Made by a program: the position numbers and the translations under genes. Below the pieces are notes generated by a model. The model was not told the DNA's origin. It worked only from the letters and a program-made list of their open reading frames with translations, and did no database searches. A DNA stretch of 61,850 bases, counting the filler, from Dirinaria sp. TL-2023a (Eukaryota): assembly GCA_051941275.1 (NCBI GenBank). It is 5 parts of 5 records of this genome, joined end to end, with 100 filler letters (N's around TTAATTAATTAA, not from the genome) between each part and the next. Parts side by side here need not be neighbours in the genome. Positions count along the whole stretch, not along the records: positions 49,573 to 61,850 come from JAVEBF010000778.1; 4 more parts are not named here. One strand, 5' to 3'. Each line of letters begins with the position of its first letter. Position 1 is the first letter of the stretch. Below are positions 50,122 to 61,850 of the stretch, piece by piece.

Positions 50122-53100
50122 CTAGCGGAAAAGGCTCCTCAATTCCTCCATACGCTGCTTGGCTGCCTCGGCTTTGTCAAGCTTTCCACGGTTCATTGAC
50201 AGATCGGCCAGATTCTTCTTCTTCTGTTGCAGCTTTAACATATTCTCCTCAAAACTGTTCTCCATGATGAAACGAACGGTGGTCACCTCTCGCTTTTGAC
50301 CGAGACGATGGACTCGGTCAACAGCTTGAGCTTCCGCAGCCGGGTTGAATTGGGGCTCCATGACATACACCTTGGAGCCCGTGGTCAGGTTGAGACCCAG
50401 GCCTCCAGCCATCATAGAAATCAAGATGATAGTGGTGTCGGGATCGTCGCGGAATGCATCGAGAGAAGCATTGCGCTTTTGACGCGACATTTGCCCGTCC
50501 AAACGCACATAGCTGAGGCCTGCATCTTCAAGAGCGATCTGAATAAGATCAAGATGCGACGTCCACCCAGAGAACACGACGCTCTTGACAGGCGGTTCTC
50601 CCAGCTGCCGAAGATTCCGACTCTCTTCTTCATGCCCAAGCAGGGCAGCGACGAGTGCTTTGGTCTTAGTATGCGGTCCTGAATATCGAGCCATGATTTT
50701 GGAATGACGCGGATTGGCGGCCGCTTTAGCCTTTGCCGCCTCTGCGGCTTCAATGCCGGTTTGAGTGAGCTCGAACATGGCTCCTCGAACATACTGATCG
50801 CAGAACGGGCAGCTGAAACGGCCATCCACACTACGCGCCTCGATCACAGCCTTAGTGTCCTTGCTGCAATAGGAGCAGATTAATTGAAAACATGGTAGCA
50901 TATAGCCGATGTTGTTATCCTTGGGCGCTGGAGTGCCCTCGTCCTCCTTCGGCGCGATCTTTCTCGCGCACGAAGCACAAGTATCTGCATCGGTTTCTTT
51001 AAAAAGCATGAGCATTTCGTACACTTGACGAGGATTCATAGCGGGGATCTTATCTGCGTGCTCATCATCATCGCTCAAATCAATCGCGTTGCTGGCGTTG
51101 AAGCCTTCAGTCATCTTCAGATCCTCTTCGCTCAAAAGCTCTCTCCCATGAGCGCAAATCAAGCGTAACCGCAATATTGCGCGAAGGATATGAACGTATG
51201 TCCTACCTCCCAAACTCTGCTTTTGACCGCCTGCAATGGCTTTCACTTTCTGATTGGAATCCTTCATGAACCAATCATACAGCAAGGCTTCTTCCTCGGT
51301 GAACTTCAGCTTGACGATTTGATCGTGTCGTGGAGGTAGGTCAATCTTGTCCTTGAGCCGTCGGAGCGTAATGCTATCCACCAAGAGTCGAAGTTTAGGC
51401 AAGATTTCAGGATCAGCATTCTTAAAGGGAGATAAAATGAATTGAGCAAAACCACTCTTCTCGAAGGGTTTAACGCGGAGAAATTTGATTAATGCTCCAA
51501 GGTCATCAAGTCGATTCTAGAGAGATTCAGTAAAAAAAGAATCTACACGGGAAGCATCGCTGGGGATGCGAAACTTACCTGGACAGGAGTTCCCGTTACA
51601 GCCCATCTTCTCTGTGCAGAAAGCCTACAGACTGCCTGGGACTGCATTGTCCCCTGCTCACGTATCATATGGGCTTCGTCGAGCACTATGCGGAAGAAAT
51701 TGAGCTGAAATAGGGGACTGACATTCCTTTTCTTGCTCCGGCGGCTGTACTCGCTTGAAATAATGCTGTAAGTGGTAATGATCATATCGTAACTCGCAAG
51801 TTCATCCAGATCTGTTGTGCGATTGTTGCCATGGTAGATGTAGTAGCTAAGAGTGTCCTTTTCGATATGGGCTCGAATCTGCTCTTCCCAATTGTTGAGT
51901 GTGCTTAGCGGCGCAATAAGCAGCGTAGTCCCGGCGTTCAGTTCGAGGGCAGTTTCTGAGTCTTCAAGTTTCGGAGGATCTTGGGTGGTCCATCGAGTTG
52001 TTTGATCTAGGCTGTTTACAACTAGAGCAAGGATGCTCAGGGTCTTTCCAAGGCCCATCATGTCGGCAAGGATGCCACCAAGCACCTCCGGAGGCTTCTT
52101 GTCTTCTTCTCGACCACTGATTATGTCGTAGTACACTTGCCGACCATTGGGATTACATTTCAATCGCCAGAGGGAAGTGTTATCTTCCTCTTTGTCGCTA
52201 AACACCCGTTCCTTCTCTTTCTCGGTCATAAAATATAAACCCTGTTTTTGGTGCTTTAATAGTGGCGTGATAATGCGTTCATCGGCTTCCATCTCAGGCA
52301 GGTCCTCCGACGTTTGCAGAGAGTCAAACATTCCAAGCACTTCACTGCGCGTTTCCTCAACGGTGCGATAGACGTATGCCTCTCTAGGCACAGTTGAAGT
52401 GGCTGTCGATCTAGGCTTAGCTGCCTCCTTGCTGTGGGGATTGCAAACTTCCACTCCAGAGTCCGAGGAGACTGGTGTTCTAAGCCATAAATTCTTAGAT
52501 CCTAGCCATTGTCCCACTGCTGCTGCTTTAATTCTGGGCCCGTACAGATTGATGAACATGTCGAAGTACGAGGAACATGGTTGACCGACTGCCTCATTGG
52601 GTGCTTTATTCCTGATATTCAGACGGGCTTGAACTCTGATCTTAGGATTTCGAGAGTCCATGAGGCGCGCAAGGCCCTGTGAAGTTCTTACATCGACATT
52701 GCCAAAGTCCTTATTGGTAGGATCAAGTACACGTATGATGTTGTCTCGGCCAGGCAGCCGATGCAGCTGCAATTTCATGGCTGGCCAATGAGCCCGGCCA
52801 AGATAATTCACCTTTGAACTAGGATTTGGTATCAAGTGAGCATTCACCTTCGCGTTTAGCATACCATAGCAAATTTGTCTGTCTTGTGCATCCCTAACGA
52901 TAACGATATCGTCGTCATCACCTAAATACCTGGATTAGGCGCGAAATATTCAAAGACCGGGCCACATACCGGCGGTCAGATCAATCACAGCTCCGTTCGG
53001 GCCCGAATCCGCAAGAGCTTCCTTGCGCTTCTCACGCAGGTAATCTCCAATCTCGGTGCCCTTCCCTCCGCCTTGAAACGTAGCCTTTTGTTGCTGATCT

Positions 53101-53678
53101 TCCTCATCGGGGTCCGCCTCGGTCTTCTGCCGCTTGCGCGGGCGTTCTTCACGCTGTGTAATGCCGTGTACACGCTCGATGAGATTGCCCATGCCTTGAC
53201 CCTCGGGTTCCTGGGATTCGTGCGTTTGAGGAGTAATTTCTGGCGTGTCAGAACGGATAGACTTCATGTATTGTTTGTGCTGTGGTATATTCAAGCTTCT
53301 GGGGTCGAGGAGTTGCCTTGGATTGAAGCCCGATTGAGGATGAAGTGCAGTCTGCGGCGCTGATGTCTGCGAGCCTCGACCTTGCCCTTGGAACCTATGG
53401 TCAGTATGATGCTTTGAGAGTGGGAGGCTTGATTCAAGATTGAGAGCAAAAATCGATAGAACTGAATATAATGCGCGCTACAAAGCGGAGCGAAACAGGG
53501 TTGGATGTTATGGTGAGATGATGGTGAAGGAAGGCCTACCATTGACAAGATGACTCTTATTTGCCCGCGGGTCCATCAACATTGCAGACATGCTCGGTGC
53601 ACTCCCAGTACTCGAAGGCATATTGTAAGGCGCTTGTCCAGTCGAACGCGCAGATTGCCCGTTAGTCAGGTCGGTCAT
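50122..53678 (-). CDS. SNF2-family helicase with internal RING finger (Rad5/Rad16/HLTF-like); 5' exon structure uncertain
   Basis: HIRAN-like ICYGML...IIRVLD, GGILADMMGLGKT, LDEAH, RWAVTGTPVQ/NRLDDL, RING-like CASC...CFQLICSYC...CPFC, helicase C-terminus GGLGLNL...EPQFNPAAEAQAVDRVHRLGQ. Confidence 0.9.
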
Positions 53679-54533
53679 GCTATCCGAAGTGGCGGCATGG
53701 AGAAAGGTTGAAGTCGTGCGCCTCAGTATGAGAACGCTGTTCTATTCAGCAAGACGAGAGCCAGTATACGGAGCTAAGAGGTGGTGGGAGCGAAGGCCAG
53801 GCGCGAGGTAATATTAAGATACCTTAGTTTCTTCAAGTGAATGATGCAATCTCATCCACGAGTGAGAAGTGAGCGCGGATCCGAGGTTGAAACTGCAGGT
53901 CTAAGGTATTATTGTTCTGGCCCGGCACATCCGGAGCATGCGGGCGAGAGGCAGGCAGACGCGCTAGGCGGAACGAGGGAAGTTTAGCGGCGGGGATATC
54001 CGAGATTTCGCCAGACTTTTGGGCCTTTTGGCGAGATTCAAAAGCGCCCCGAGGATTAAAAGGGGGCTCCTCGGCCCGAGGAGTTCCCAAAGGTAAAAGT
54101 AGGAACCTTACGGATACCTCATGCAGGTACCTACTATAGTCAGTGGGATGTGCGTTCTTATTCCATATTAAGTTCGATTTCTAATGAGATGGCGCTGGTA
54201 CAATGGTGTCGTGATTAAGTTAGGTGGAATTCTTCCTACTTACTTAGGAGGTAAGGTAATCTTACGTCCACTTAGTAACCTACCTCCAGTAGTGGGCGGC
54301 CTCTTCGAGGTTCGGAGTATGTGGAATCCCACCGGAATTGTCTTCTCCGGCGAAAGAGAAATTTTCTTGTCACAATCGTTACAAGGTGGCCATCATCAGC
54401 ATTCCAGAAGCGGACTTGAATCAAAGATGTACAGATCCGCAGTGTATGCGCAGCGCTTCATCTCTCAAATCAATGCGGCACAACGCCTTGCCGTGCCATT
54501 ATCTATGCGAATACACCACTTCATGCAATATCC

Positions 54534-56929
54534 TTAGCACCAAGTAAACACAGGATTTTTGCTTTTCACCGTTTCCAGTCGCTCAACAATGACTTTTCGT
54601 TGATGCCCTTCCATGCCTTCGGCTGCCGCATAACCCAGATCGCCTTCCAAGTCGTCGGCATCGCCCAAGAACGCCGGATCTCCATGCCTGTTCGAATAAG
54701 AGTACCGCCGACGGGTGCTGCCACTGCTAGGATGTTTTCGGTGTATCTCGAAACTAAGCCGAGTGCGTGACCGAGCCGCTCCAGGCCGCTCAGGCTTCAT
54801 AGGTGAGTCCTGCAGGTCGAGCGGGTGCGTGTCGTGATCCATAGTGACGCCTTCGATGGTCGCAGGCGACTCGGGGCCGAATTGGCCTGCATCGGAAGCG
54901 CTCTCGTTGCTCGCTAAATCAAAGCGATTTGGATTTGGTAAGTCGTTCACCGGCGTTGACAAGCCAAGCAGATCGTGTTGTTTCGGTGCTGGAGCATTAA
55001 TTGTCCCAATATCCATCTCTTCCTCCTCAAGTCTACCCCCTAAGTCAGCATCTCTGCGGCGTCGCATTTCATTCGAAGGGACTCTCATAGGTATCGCGAC
55101 GGGAATATCGACGAGGTCGTCCCACACGCAGACCCGAGCACGCCGAGTGAGCTCGAGCGGTCCATGATCTCTTGTCTTCAAGGTCTCGACGACGTTCCAC
55201 GCCTGGCCTTTCATAACGGCAATCTGGCGAGCAAACATTCTCTCCTTGAAATCAGAATCCGCAGCAAAAATTCGTCGTAGAGCCATCTGAGTCTCGCTCC
55301 ACCATTGCTTAGAGGTCAGCAATGGAAGGAAGTGGTCTCGGGACTTCTGTGAGAATGGCTGGCCGATGAGCGAAACCGGCAGAAAGAGCCATCCGAAGGG
55401 GAAGCTGCGCCACTGCATAAAATTCAGCACGTAATGTAGGTAGTTGCTAAGACTGGGAGTGGGCTTACCGCGTCTGGGTGTTTCCAAGGCCACGACAGAC
55501 TGTTGTCAATGGCTCCTATGGCTATCGAGCTACCTTTGCCTGGGTCTGACATATTTGATGGTGTTCCGGACCTGCTCATTGCAGTCATAGATTCTTGCCG
55601 CTTATACGGGTGAACGTCGGTTGGTAGTGGCAAAGCATTTGAATTCGTAATACCGTTCATTTTCGAAGGCTCAGAGACGATAGAGACCTCTTGACTTTGC
55701 GAGTCTACTCGGATCATCCAATTGTCTAAACCTCGATCTGTGTTGCGCATGATGTAGTCGAGAATCACAAGTTTCTCCAGCTGCTCTCGGAATGACTGCT
55801 GTAATCTTTCAGTCCAGGCAAAGCTCCGTCCCTGGGAATCGTGCTCTCCACTCGTCGACCTAACTTCACTTGTAGATTCATCTTCATACTCTTCGTCCGA
55901 TCCGGGTCCACCAGGCCGGCAAGTTTCGCCCCAAGGCTTCTTCTTCGCTCTTGGTGCATCTTGCGGCCGGAAACCAGTGTTTGCCTGATCAGGCCATGGA
56001 TGGTCGCGCAGGAACAGATTTGCATCCTTGAAGCCTTTCAAGAATACCTGAAAGCTTCCAACTTTGGCCGGTAGCGGCTTCCCCTTGCGGTAGTATCTCG
56101 AGCGGTCCCAGAAGTCGTAATAGAATGATTTCGAAGAGAGGTAGACGATATCCGTGTAGGGCACGAGATGTGTCCGAAGTCTAGTGTCAAGAACGTACGC
56201 AGCTGCTTCCGAAACATAGGAGAGATTAGGTATCAAGCACTCTCTACCAAAGAAGCACGGGAACAGATTTCTGTGTATCCACTTGGTCCATTTGGGGTTC
56301 CGAGAAGCATACGGTTCTTCGTCCTTGGGCTTGAAGACTCCGACCACTTTGCCGTCGCTGTTACGCGCGAAGTAGCTACCAGAGCTGCCTTGGGATATCA
56401 TCTTCGGATGCACACCAAGCTCAATGGCCACTTTCACACTCTCTACCACGTCATCGAAGCCAAGTTTCGTCATCCGCTCGCCCTGCTCCTCTGAGAAGTC
56501 GGATGCGAGTGTCTCTGCGCTGACTGGCCTCATACCCTCAGGCGCTTGGAACACTGAATGCTGTATCTCCAATTGTTCTTCCTCGTCCGTTTTGCCTTTG
56601 ACTCTATTGATCTTGAATTTGGAGGCGATTTCCTCCGCCCATCGCTCGAGTCGTGCATTGATCGCTTTGATGTCCACTCCTGAGGAATTCCTTCGCAGAT
56701 GTCGCTTCCTGGTCGGCCTTTTGTTGCTTCCATATGGGCTACCTGATCTGCCAGCATACATTTGTCTCTGAGGCTGGGGTTGTATAGGGGCATATTGCGG
56801 TACTGATGTGGAGATGGTTGGTGGAGCGTGGTGGGGATCCTCATCGTCAAAGTCGTCAAGGTAGCCTGTCTCTTCATCTGCTTGAGAGATACGGGCGTAC
56901 CCGGATGTTGCTGGTCTATGGCGTGGCAT
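54534..56929 (-). CDS. LSB6: Type II phosphatidylinositol 4-kinase Lsb6
   Basis: ISQGSSGSYF, GVFKPKDEEPY, CFFGRECLIPN, KLVILDYIMRNTDRGLDNW, AIDNSLSWPWKHPDA/WRSFPFGW, C-terminal PVFTWC. Intron 55413-55468. Confidence 0.94.
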
Positions 56930-57555
56930 GCTTCACACGATTCCATGAAGGCAGAATTTAGGGCTCTTATGAGTGATTTCCTTGACGACATGTCCGAGTT
57001 GTATAATCCGGAAATTCTTCGGGAAATTATCTTGGCGTTCACCAACGTGCATGAGGCAGGGTATTCTTTCTAGCAAAATACTGCGATAGAAGGTAAAGTG
57101 CCTGAAGTCTAAGCTTGAAAAGATCAGACTTCTTTGTTTCGAAAGCTTTTTCTGCTCTAAAAAAAAAAACAAATATTAGGCAAGAAGTGAGGTGGTACAC
57201 TTTCAGCCTTTTAGGACTTAACCCCTGAAGCTCTCAATACTGTAAGATTACTATCCAACGCAGCAGTCAAGGATGAGTCTTTTGCCTTATCAACTTTCTC
57301 CAAACATCTTTTGCCATCTTCACTGAGCTTAGCAATGGCATCAGGCTTGACCGAAGTCATCAATCCTACCCACTGTTCGTTGGGATCAGAATGTACCCTT
57401 GATCACATCCGAGCCTTCGAGATGCAACAATCAAATTTCCCACCATAAGCCTTTTAACGAAGGATCTACGGACTGGATATGTTCAAGCAGTCCACCTTTT
57501 CGACAGCACAATCCCGAGATCGAAGCCTGAGTTTGGTATGTGGCAATATGTATCT

Positions 57556-58308
57556 TTACATTGTCTGCCAGAAGTAATTTGCATAGAAGAATCTCGAGAA
57601 TTTTGGATCGATATTGACAACATGAACATCGCCCTTCTGACTGTTCCGAATGATGGCTTTGTTGTAGTTGCCCGCGCTGTCTGGCTCGACGTCTACACCA
57701 AGCGAGCGGTATATTTTCAGCTTAAGTCTGGAGATTGCGTCAGCGCTTACTACTCCTGTAAAAGGTCCTGCATGGGCCTACACAGTGGGGTCGTCTTGTT
57801 CTCGTCGAGCTCTCGCCATCTCATTTCCCTCAACTCCTTGCATGTCAAGCTCATGCAGTCGGCCTTTCAATCCCTCTAGCTCCTGTTCTAGCCTTTCACT
57901 TTCTATCTCTAGATCTGATGCAAGTTTGGCGATTCGGAATTTTTGTGTGTCGAGCTCGATAATATGGGACGCATGATCAGCGCTCTTATGTGATAGCAGG
58001 GTCTCGTTGTGCTGCGTTGTCATGGTTGAAAGGTTCCTGGAAAGCTCTAATTGTTCAGTCAGCGAATGCAAGTCCTGACTGCATTCTCCATACTCTTGAG
58101 AGCGCTCTCTGCCTCCCTAATACGCATGTCGCGAGCCTGTTGGAGGGTAGAGAGGGATTCATTGATACGTGCGATCGCCGTCTTATCAGGATGAATATTG
58201 AAGTTGCCAATGGTATGATGAATCAGCTATTTATTGCAATCAGTATCCATAGCCTAAATTCGCCGTACATTTTTCCCCTACCGTTGCCGGATCCTCGTCG
58301 AGCAACAT
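57556..58308 (-). CDS. SPC24: Kinetochore Ndc80-complex subunit Spc24
   Basis: Spliced MLLDEDPAT/LIHHTIGNFNIHPDKTAIARINESL...IIELDTQKFRIAKLASDLE...DDPT/LKLKIYRSLGV...FSRFFYANYFWQTM*. Four exons. Confidence 0.9.
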
Positions 58309-58706
58309 GGTGGCAGACGCAATATAACTTGTAAGCGTTGCCGATTATGGTGGTCGTGATCGGTCGCTGGGTATCCAAGCGCTCAAAATTTTTAGCCTAT
58401 GGGCTTTGAGTTTCTGCCAATCCACGTCGGCGCTCGTTGCTACAATGTTGTGGTATAAAAGAAGAGTAAAGTAAACAATCGATAAACAGTTGGTCGGACG
58501 GGGCAAGGCGGGCAAACAATTGGCGGGAGATCGGCATTCCGCTGTGGCTGAACACCAATGTGGCTGAGAGGCTGCATAGCTGCACCGCCACATCATTGAG
58601 CACATGCCAAAAGTCGCAATCACACTGTGACGGTTCAGGCTGCCAATGTTCGGACCATCCTCGAAGCCTCTCACATCTTCCTACTTATTCACGATTACAT
58701 TTGGAC

Positions 58707-59372
58707 ATGGGGTCTAACTTACCGTGTGTGTAGAACTTTCCTCCTTCCTTACCTCAACGCTTCCCAAGCCTTGGAGCTGGACAGCCGTTTGCTAACATGT
58801 CTTTTCGCCTTCCAGATGCTGCAGATGCTGACAGGTATCTCTCGATCGAGCCTATGTGGGTTTCCTCAGCATACTGATAATGCGGGCAAATCCGTAGTCC
58901 CCTCAAGCAGGACGAGCTTCAAGTACTCCGAGCGCAGTACGAGAAAGAGGGCGAGTACGTCGGCGTGCAGACCAAGTTCAACTACGCATGGGTGATACTT
59001 GGTACGTCAAAATGGCTTTGTAAACTTACTGAATATTCCTAGGGCCTAATCAAATCCTCTTCACGTAATGAACAGCAAGACGGTGTGCGTCTCCTTTCAG
59101 AGATATTTAGAAACGCTCCAGAAAGGCGACGGGAATGCCTTTACTACCTAGCGCTGGGCAACTACAAGCTCGGAAATTACGCAGAAGCAAAGCGGTATAA
59201 TGAGTTGCTCCTGGATCGTGAGCCGGCGAATCTGCAAGCGACCAGTTTGAGAGGGTTGATTGACGACAAAGTGGCCAAAGAAGGTCTGATGGGTGTTGCA
59301 ATAGTGGGTGGTCTTGCTGTCACGGCGGGAATCGTCGGTGGCATGCTGTTCAAGGGTGCAAGGCGGAGATGA
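58707..59372 (+). CDS. FIS1: Mitochondrial fission protein Fis1
   Basis: Spliced [49 protein letters not shown]...[21 protein letters not shown] fold, C-terminal TM plus RRR. Three introns, including a 19-nt exon at ~58816-58834. Confidence 0.95.
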
Positions 59373-60344
59373 GGCACAGCCGGGAGTAGTGATGCCACTT
59401 AAAGACATCCATTGAAGAAGCCTAGTATAACCAGAACCGTAGCGCTTGTCTAATCAAGCCTGGATTGCCGCAATGAAGATTCATGCTCAAAACTTATGTA
59501 GTAGACATGGTCGGTCCTGGGGATTTTCCCTGTTAGGGAAGAGGGCCATAGTGGCGTATCTGCTCCCTTGCTTGAAAATTCGTAATGGGTTGTACATATG
59601 TATGATCGTCGTTTGGATTTGACGCGGTAATTCATCTTGAGAAATATGATATTCATTTACGAGCTTTGAATGAATCAAGGTTACCTTACAGCGGCTATTG
59701 GCGCTAGCTGTAAGTCCGTCCACAATTTTTTGAGTCGTGGTTTTGTATTTCTGACTTAACAAATCCTCGTGTGGAATATTCTGGAAGAGTTGCCCGGCTC
59801 CCCTTGGTCAGTCTGCTTTGCAACTTCATCGGCCCTTCCGTTCTGCGCACTCTGGGGCACTGCTGCTTTCATCATCTTCCAAGTGGTGCCGGGGATGTTG
59901 TCTCGCCTAGAGCGTCGCCACTGCCCAAGACAAAATTTACTAAGATAGAAGATCTACCGAAGATTACCTTATGACTGTGCAAAGCGAATGGAACTACGCC
60001 AATATACGCTAAGCCTTAAACATCATCGGTAGATACAAGGCGCGGTGGCGGCAGGTATCAGGCGATCATTCGACTTCACAAGACAACAATTCACTTGATG
60101 TCAGATTCTTGACCCTGCACTCTTGTCTGCTCTAGAATACTTCAAAGCACACCTTTAAATCGATGATCCTACATTTAGCCTTTCACTTCCCACTCCGCAT
60201 TCCAGCCTTATACTCAGCATACGGCCACATATCACAAACCCGAGGCTGAATCAGCCGCTGGCTTGTTAAGCAACCGCCAGTCTTTGATGACAATTTCCGA
60301 ACCTCCTTGAGTTGACCTCAGTTTCTAATCTAGTACGTGTGATC

Positions 60345-61850
60345 ATGGCAGATCACGCCGGGCAACAAAGGGAGCTCGTTTTCTGCCACCAGTGTGAAAA
60401 TGAGTGGCATCGGGACGAGCATGGCTTACAATGTCCGCAATGCCATTCCGAATTCGTCGAGGTGGTGAGTATACATCCTTCCATTCCGCTCACCTCGTCG
60501 AGCCTGGAAATAGGTATCTAAGAGGCTAATTACTTTCTAGATCGAGGCAAGCCATGACCCGCGTAATGAGCGCATCGCCGAGAGCGATGATAGCCCAGAA
60601 AACAACCCCGACAGACCGCCTCCTCATCCTTCACATAGAACAAGTCCATTCCACACATATAATCCTTGGACGCTACCCGACAACGACGGAGGCGGCGTTA
60701 CCCATGTCGAGTGGAATGCGGGGCCTGGTTTGCACTTCTCACGCACATCGTTCAGGTCGACCTCACCAAATTCAAGGCATGTTCAAGGCATGCCCGACCC
60801 TTTTGCACCCTTTTTTCAAAGCTTCTCAACAATGTTAGCAGGTGCTGGAAGATTCCCCCACCAGAACGTGGGTCGAAGTAATGGGCGGATGCAACCACTC
60901 AGTCCAGCCGTGTTTCAACATTTTCAGCACGGCTCTGAACCGACAAGTCCTTTACAGGAAGGACCTGCAAGACAAGGTTTTGCAAGAAGTGGACTCGCCA
61001 TGCCGGCTAGCCCGCATCTGGCTCCGCGAGATGCAGACAACGCACAACCGAACGCTTTCCCACTCGACAACCTGCATGGGTAAGCTTGAAAACCCGCCTT
61101 TCAGTCATGTTGTGCTAATAATGAATCTTCAGATTACTGGGCACTCTTTTCCGTGGCATGCAAGACATGCATGGGGGCCCTGGAGCTTCCCAAAGCAATC
61201 CAGGAGCGCCAAATTTCCCGCCTCTGCAGTTCTTCGCCCATCTCCTAAACCCAGCTAATGCACGGCACGGTGACGCAGTCTACAGCGAGGAAGCTCTAGA
61301 CCGGATCATTTCACAGTTCATGGAAGCACAGAATGGGCACACCGCGCCTGGGCCGGCTTCGGCGGAGGCCATCGCTCAACTACCCAAAAAGAAAGTAGAC
61401 AAGTCTATCCTTGGACCCGACGGCAAAGCAGAATGTTCTGTCTGCATGGATAATGTTGACCTTGGAGACGAGGTGACGGTGCTGCCCTGTACCCACTGGT
61501 TTCATGGAGAATGTGTAGGAGCTTGGCTGAAAGAGCACGATACCTGTCCGCATTGTCGGCAAGGTATCATGCCGAAGGAGAGTCAGGAAGGCTCCGACAT
61601 GCCCAGACATCCTAGTCAAGAGCCCAGGAATAGCCAACCGCCTTTGAGCCCTCCTGACGGAAACAACGGCTTTCATTTTACATGGCACGCGGGCCCAGTC
61701 CATGCATCGCCATCTACCAGTCCACAGTCACCTCCATCCGGCTGGAGCCGGCATGAGAGTCGAAGTCGGCGGAGATCTGCGGCGAGAGAGTCAAGAAGGA
61801 GTAGCGGCGATGGCAATGGGGGCAGCAGTGGGGGTGGAGGAGGTGGGTTG
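60345..61850 (+). CDS. RING-H2 E3 ubiquitin ligase with N-terminal zinc ribbon (RNF126/RNF115-like), 3'-truncated
   Basis: FCHQC...LQCPQCHSEFVE, HGDAVYSEEALDRIISQ, APGPASAEAIAQLPKK, CSVCMD...LPCTHWFHGECVGAWLKEHDTCPHC. Introns ~60465-60540 and ~61080-61132. Confidence 0.9.

Noticed and set aside
38515..53678. DNA-repair cluster of XLF plus Rad5-like helicase
   Set aside because: The two genes are on different contigs joined artificially.

Overview
Eukaryotic DNA from a filamentous ascomycete (Pezizomycotina; short GT-AG introns with CTRAC-type branch sites). The exact lineage cannot be fixed from sequence alone. The window is not one locus. It is five ~12.3 kb contigs (1-12297, 12398-24690, 24791-37082, 37183-49472, 49573-61850) joined in descending length order by artificial 100-nt spacers (44 N + TTAATTAATTAA + 44 N), so neighbourhoods across gaps mean nothing. 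Contig 1: HeLo-domain/pseudokinase gene with MLKL-like architecture, CYP53 benzoate 4-monooxygenase, sterol-esterase-type lipase, intron-containing tRNA-Asn, and a repeat-rich, probably GPI-anchored surface protein. Contig 2: VPS45 3' end, a non-coding A/B alternating tandem repeat, an unknown membrane protein, a DUF3602-type protein, and divergent MTO1 and FMP32/DUF1640-like genes. Contig 3 (accessory-like): CYP52-clan P450, SAM methyltransferase, decayed genes, PTH11-like rhodopsin-domain protein, PQ-loop protein. Contig 4: acidic protein with a PAM2-like motif, XLF/Nej1, cactin, forkhead factor and a ~3 kb decayed gene. Contig 5: Rad5/HLTF-like SNF2-RING helicase, LSB6, SPC24, FIS1 and an RNF126-like RING-H2 ligase. 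The most interesting signals are the HeLo-pseudokinase (candidate regulated cell-death effector), a strongly enriched intergenic heptamer TAAGGTA/TACCTTA, the higher-order tandem array at 14.2-15.0 kb, and the repeat surface protein. All assignments are by eye from motif recognition; no database search was run.
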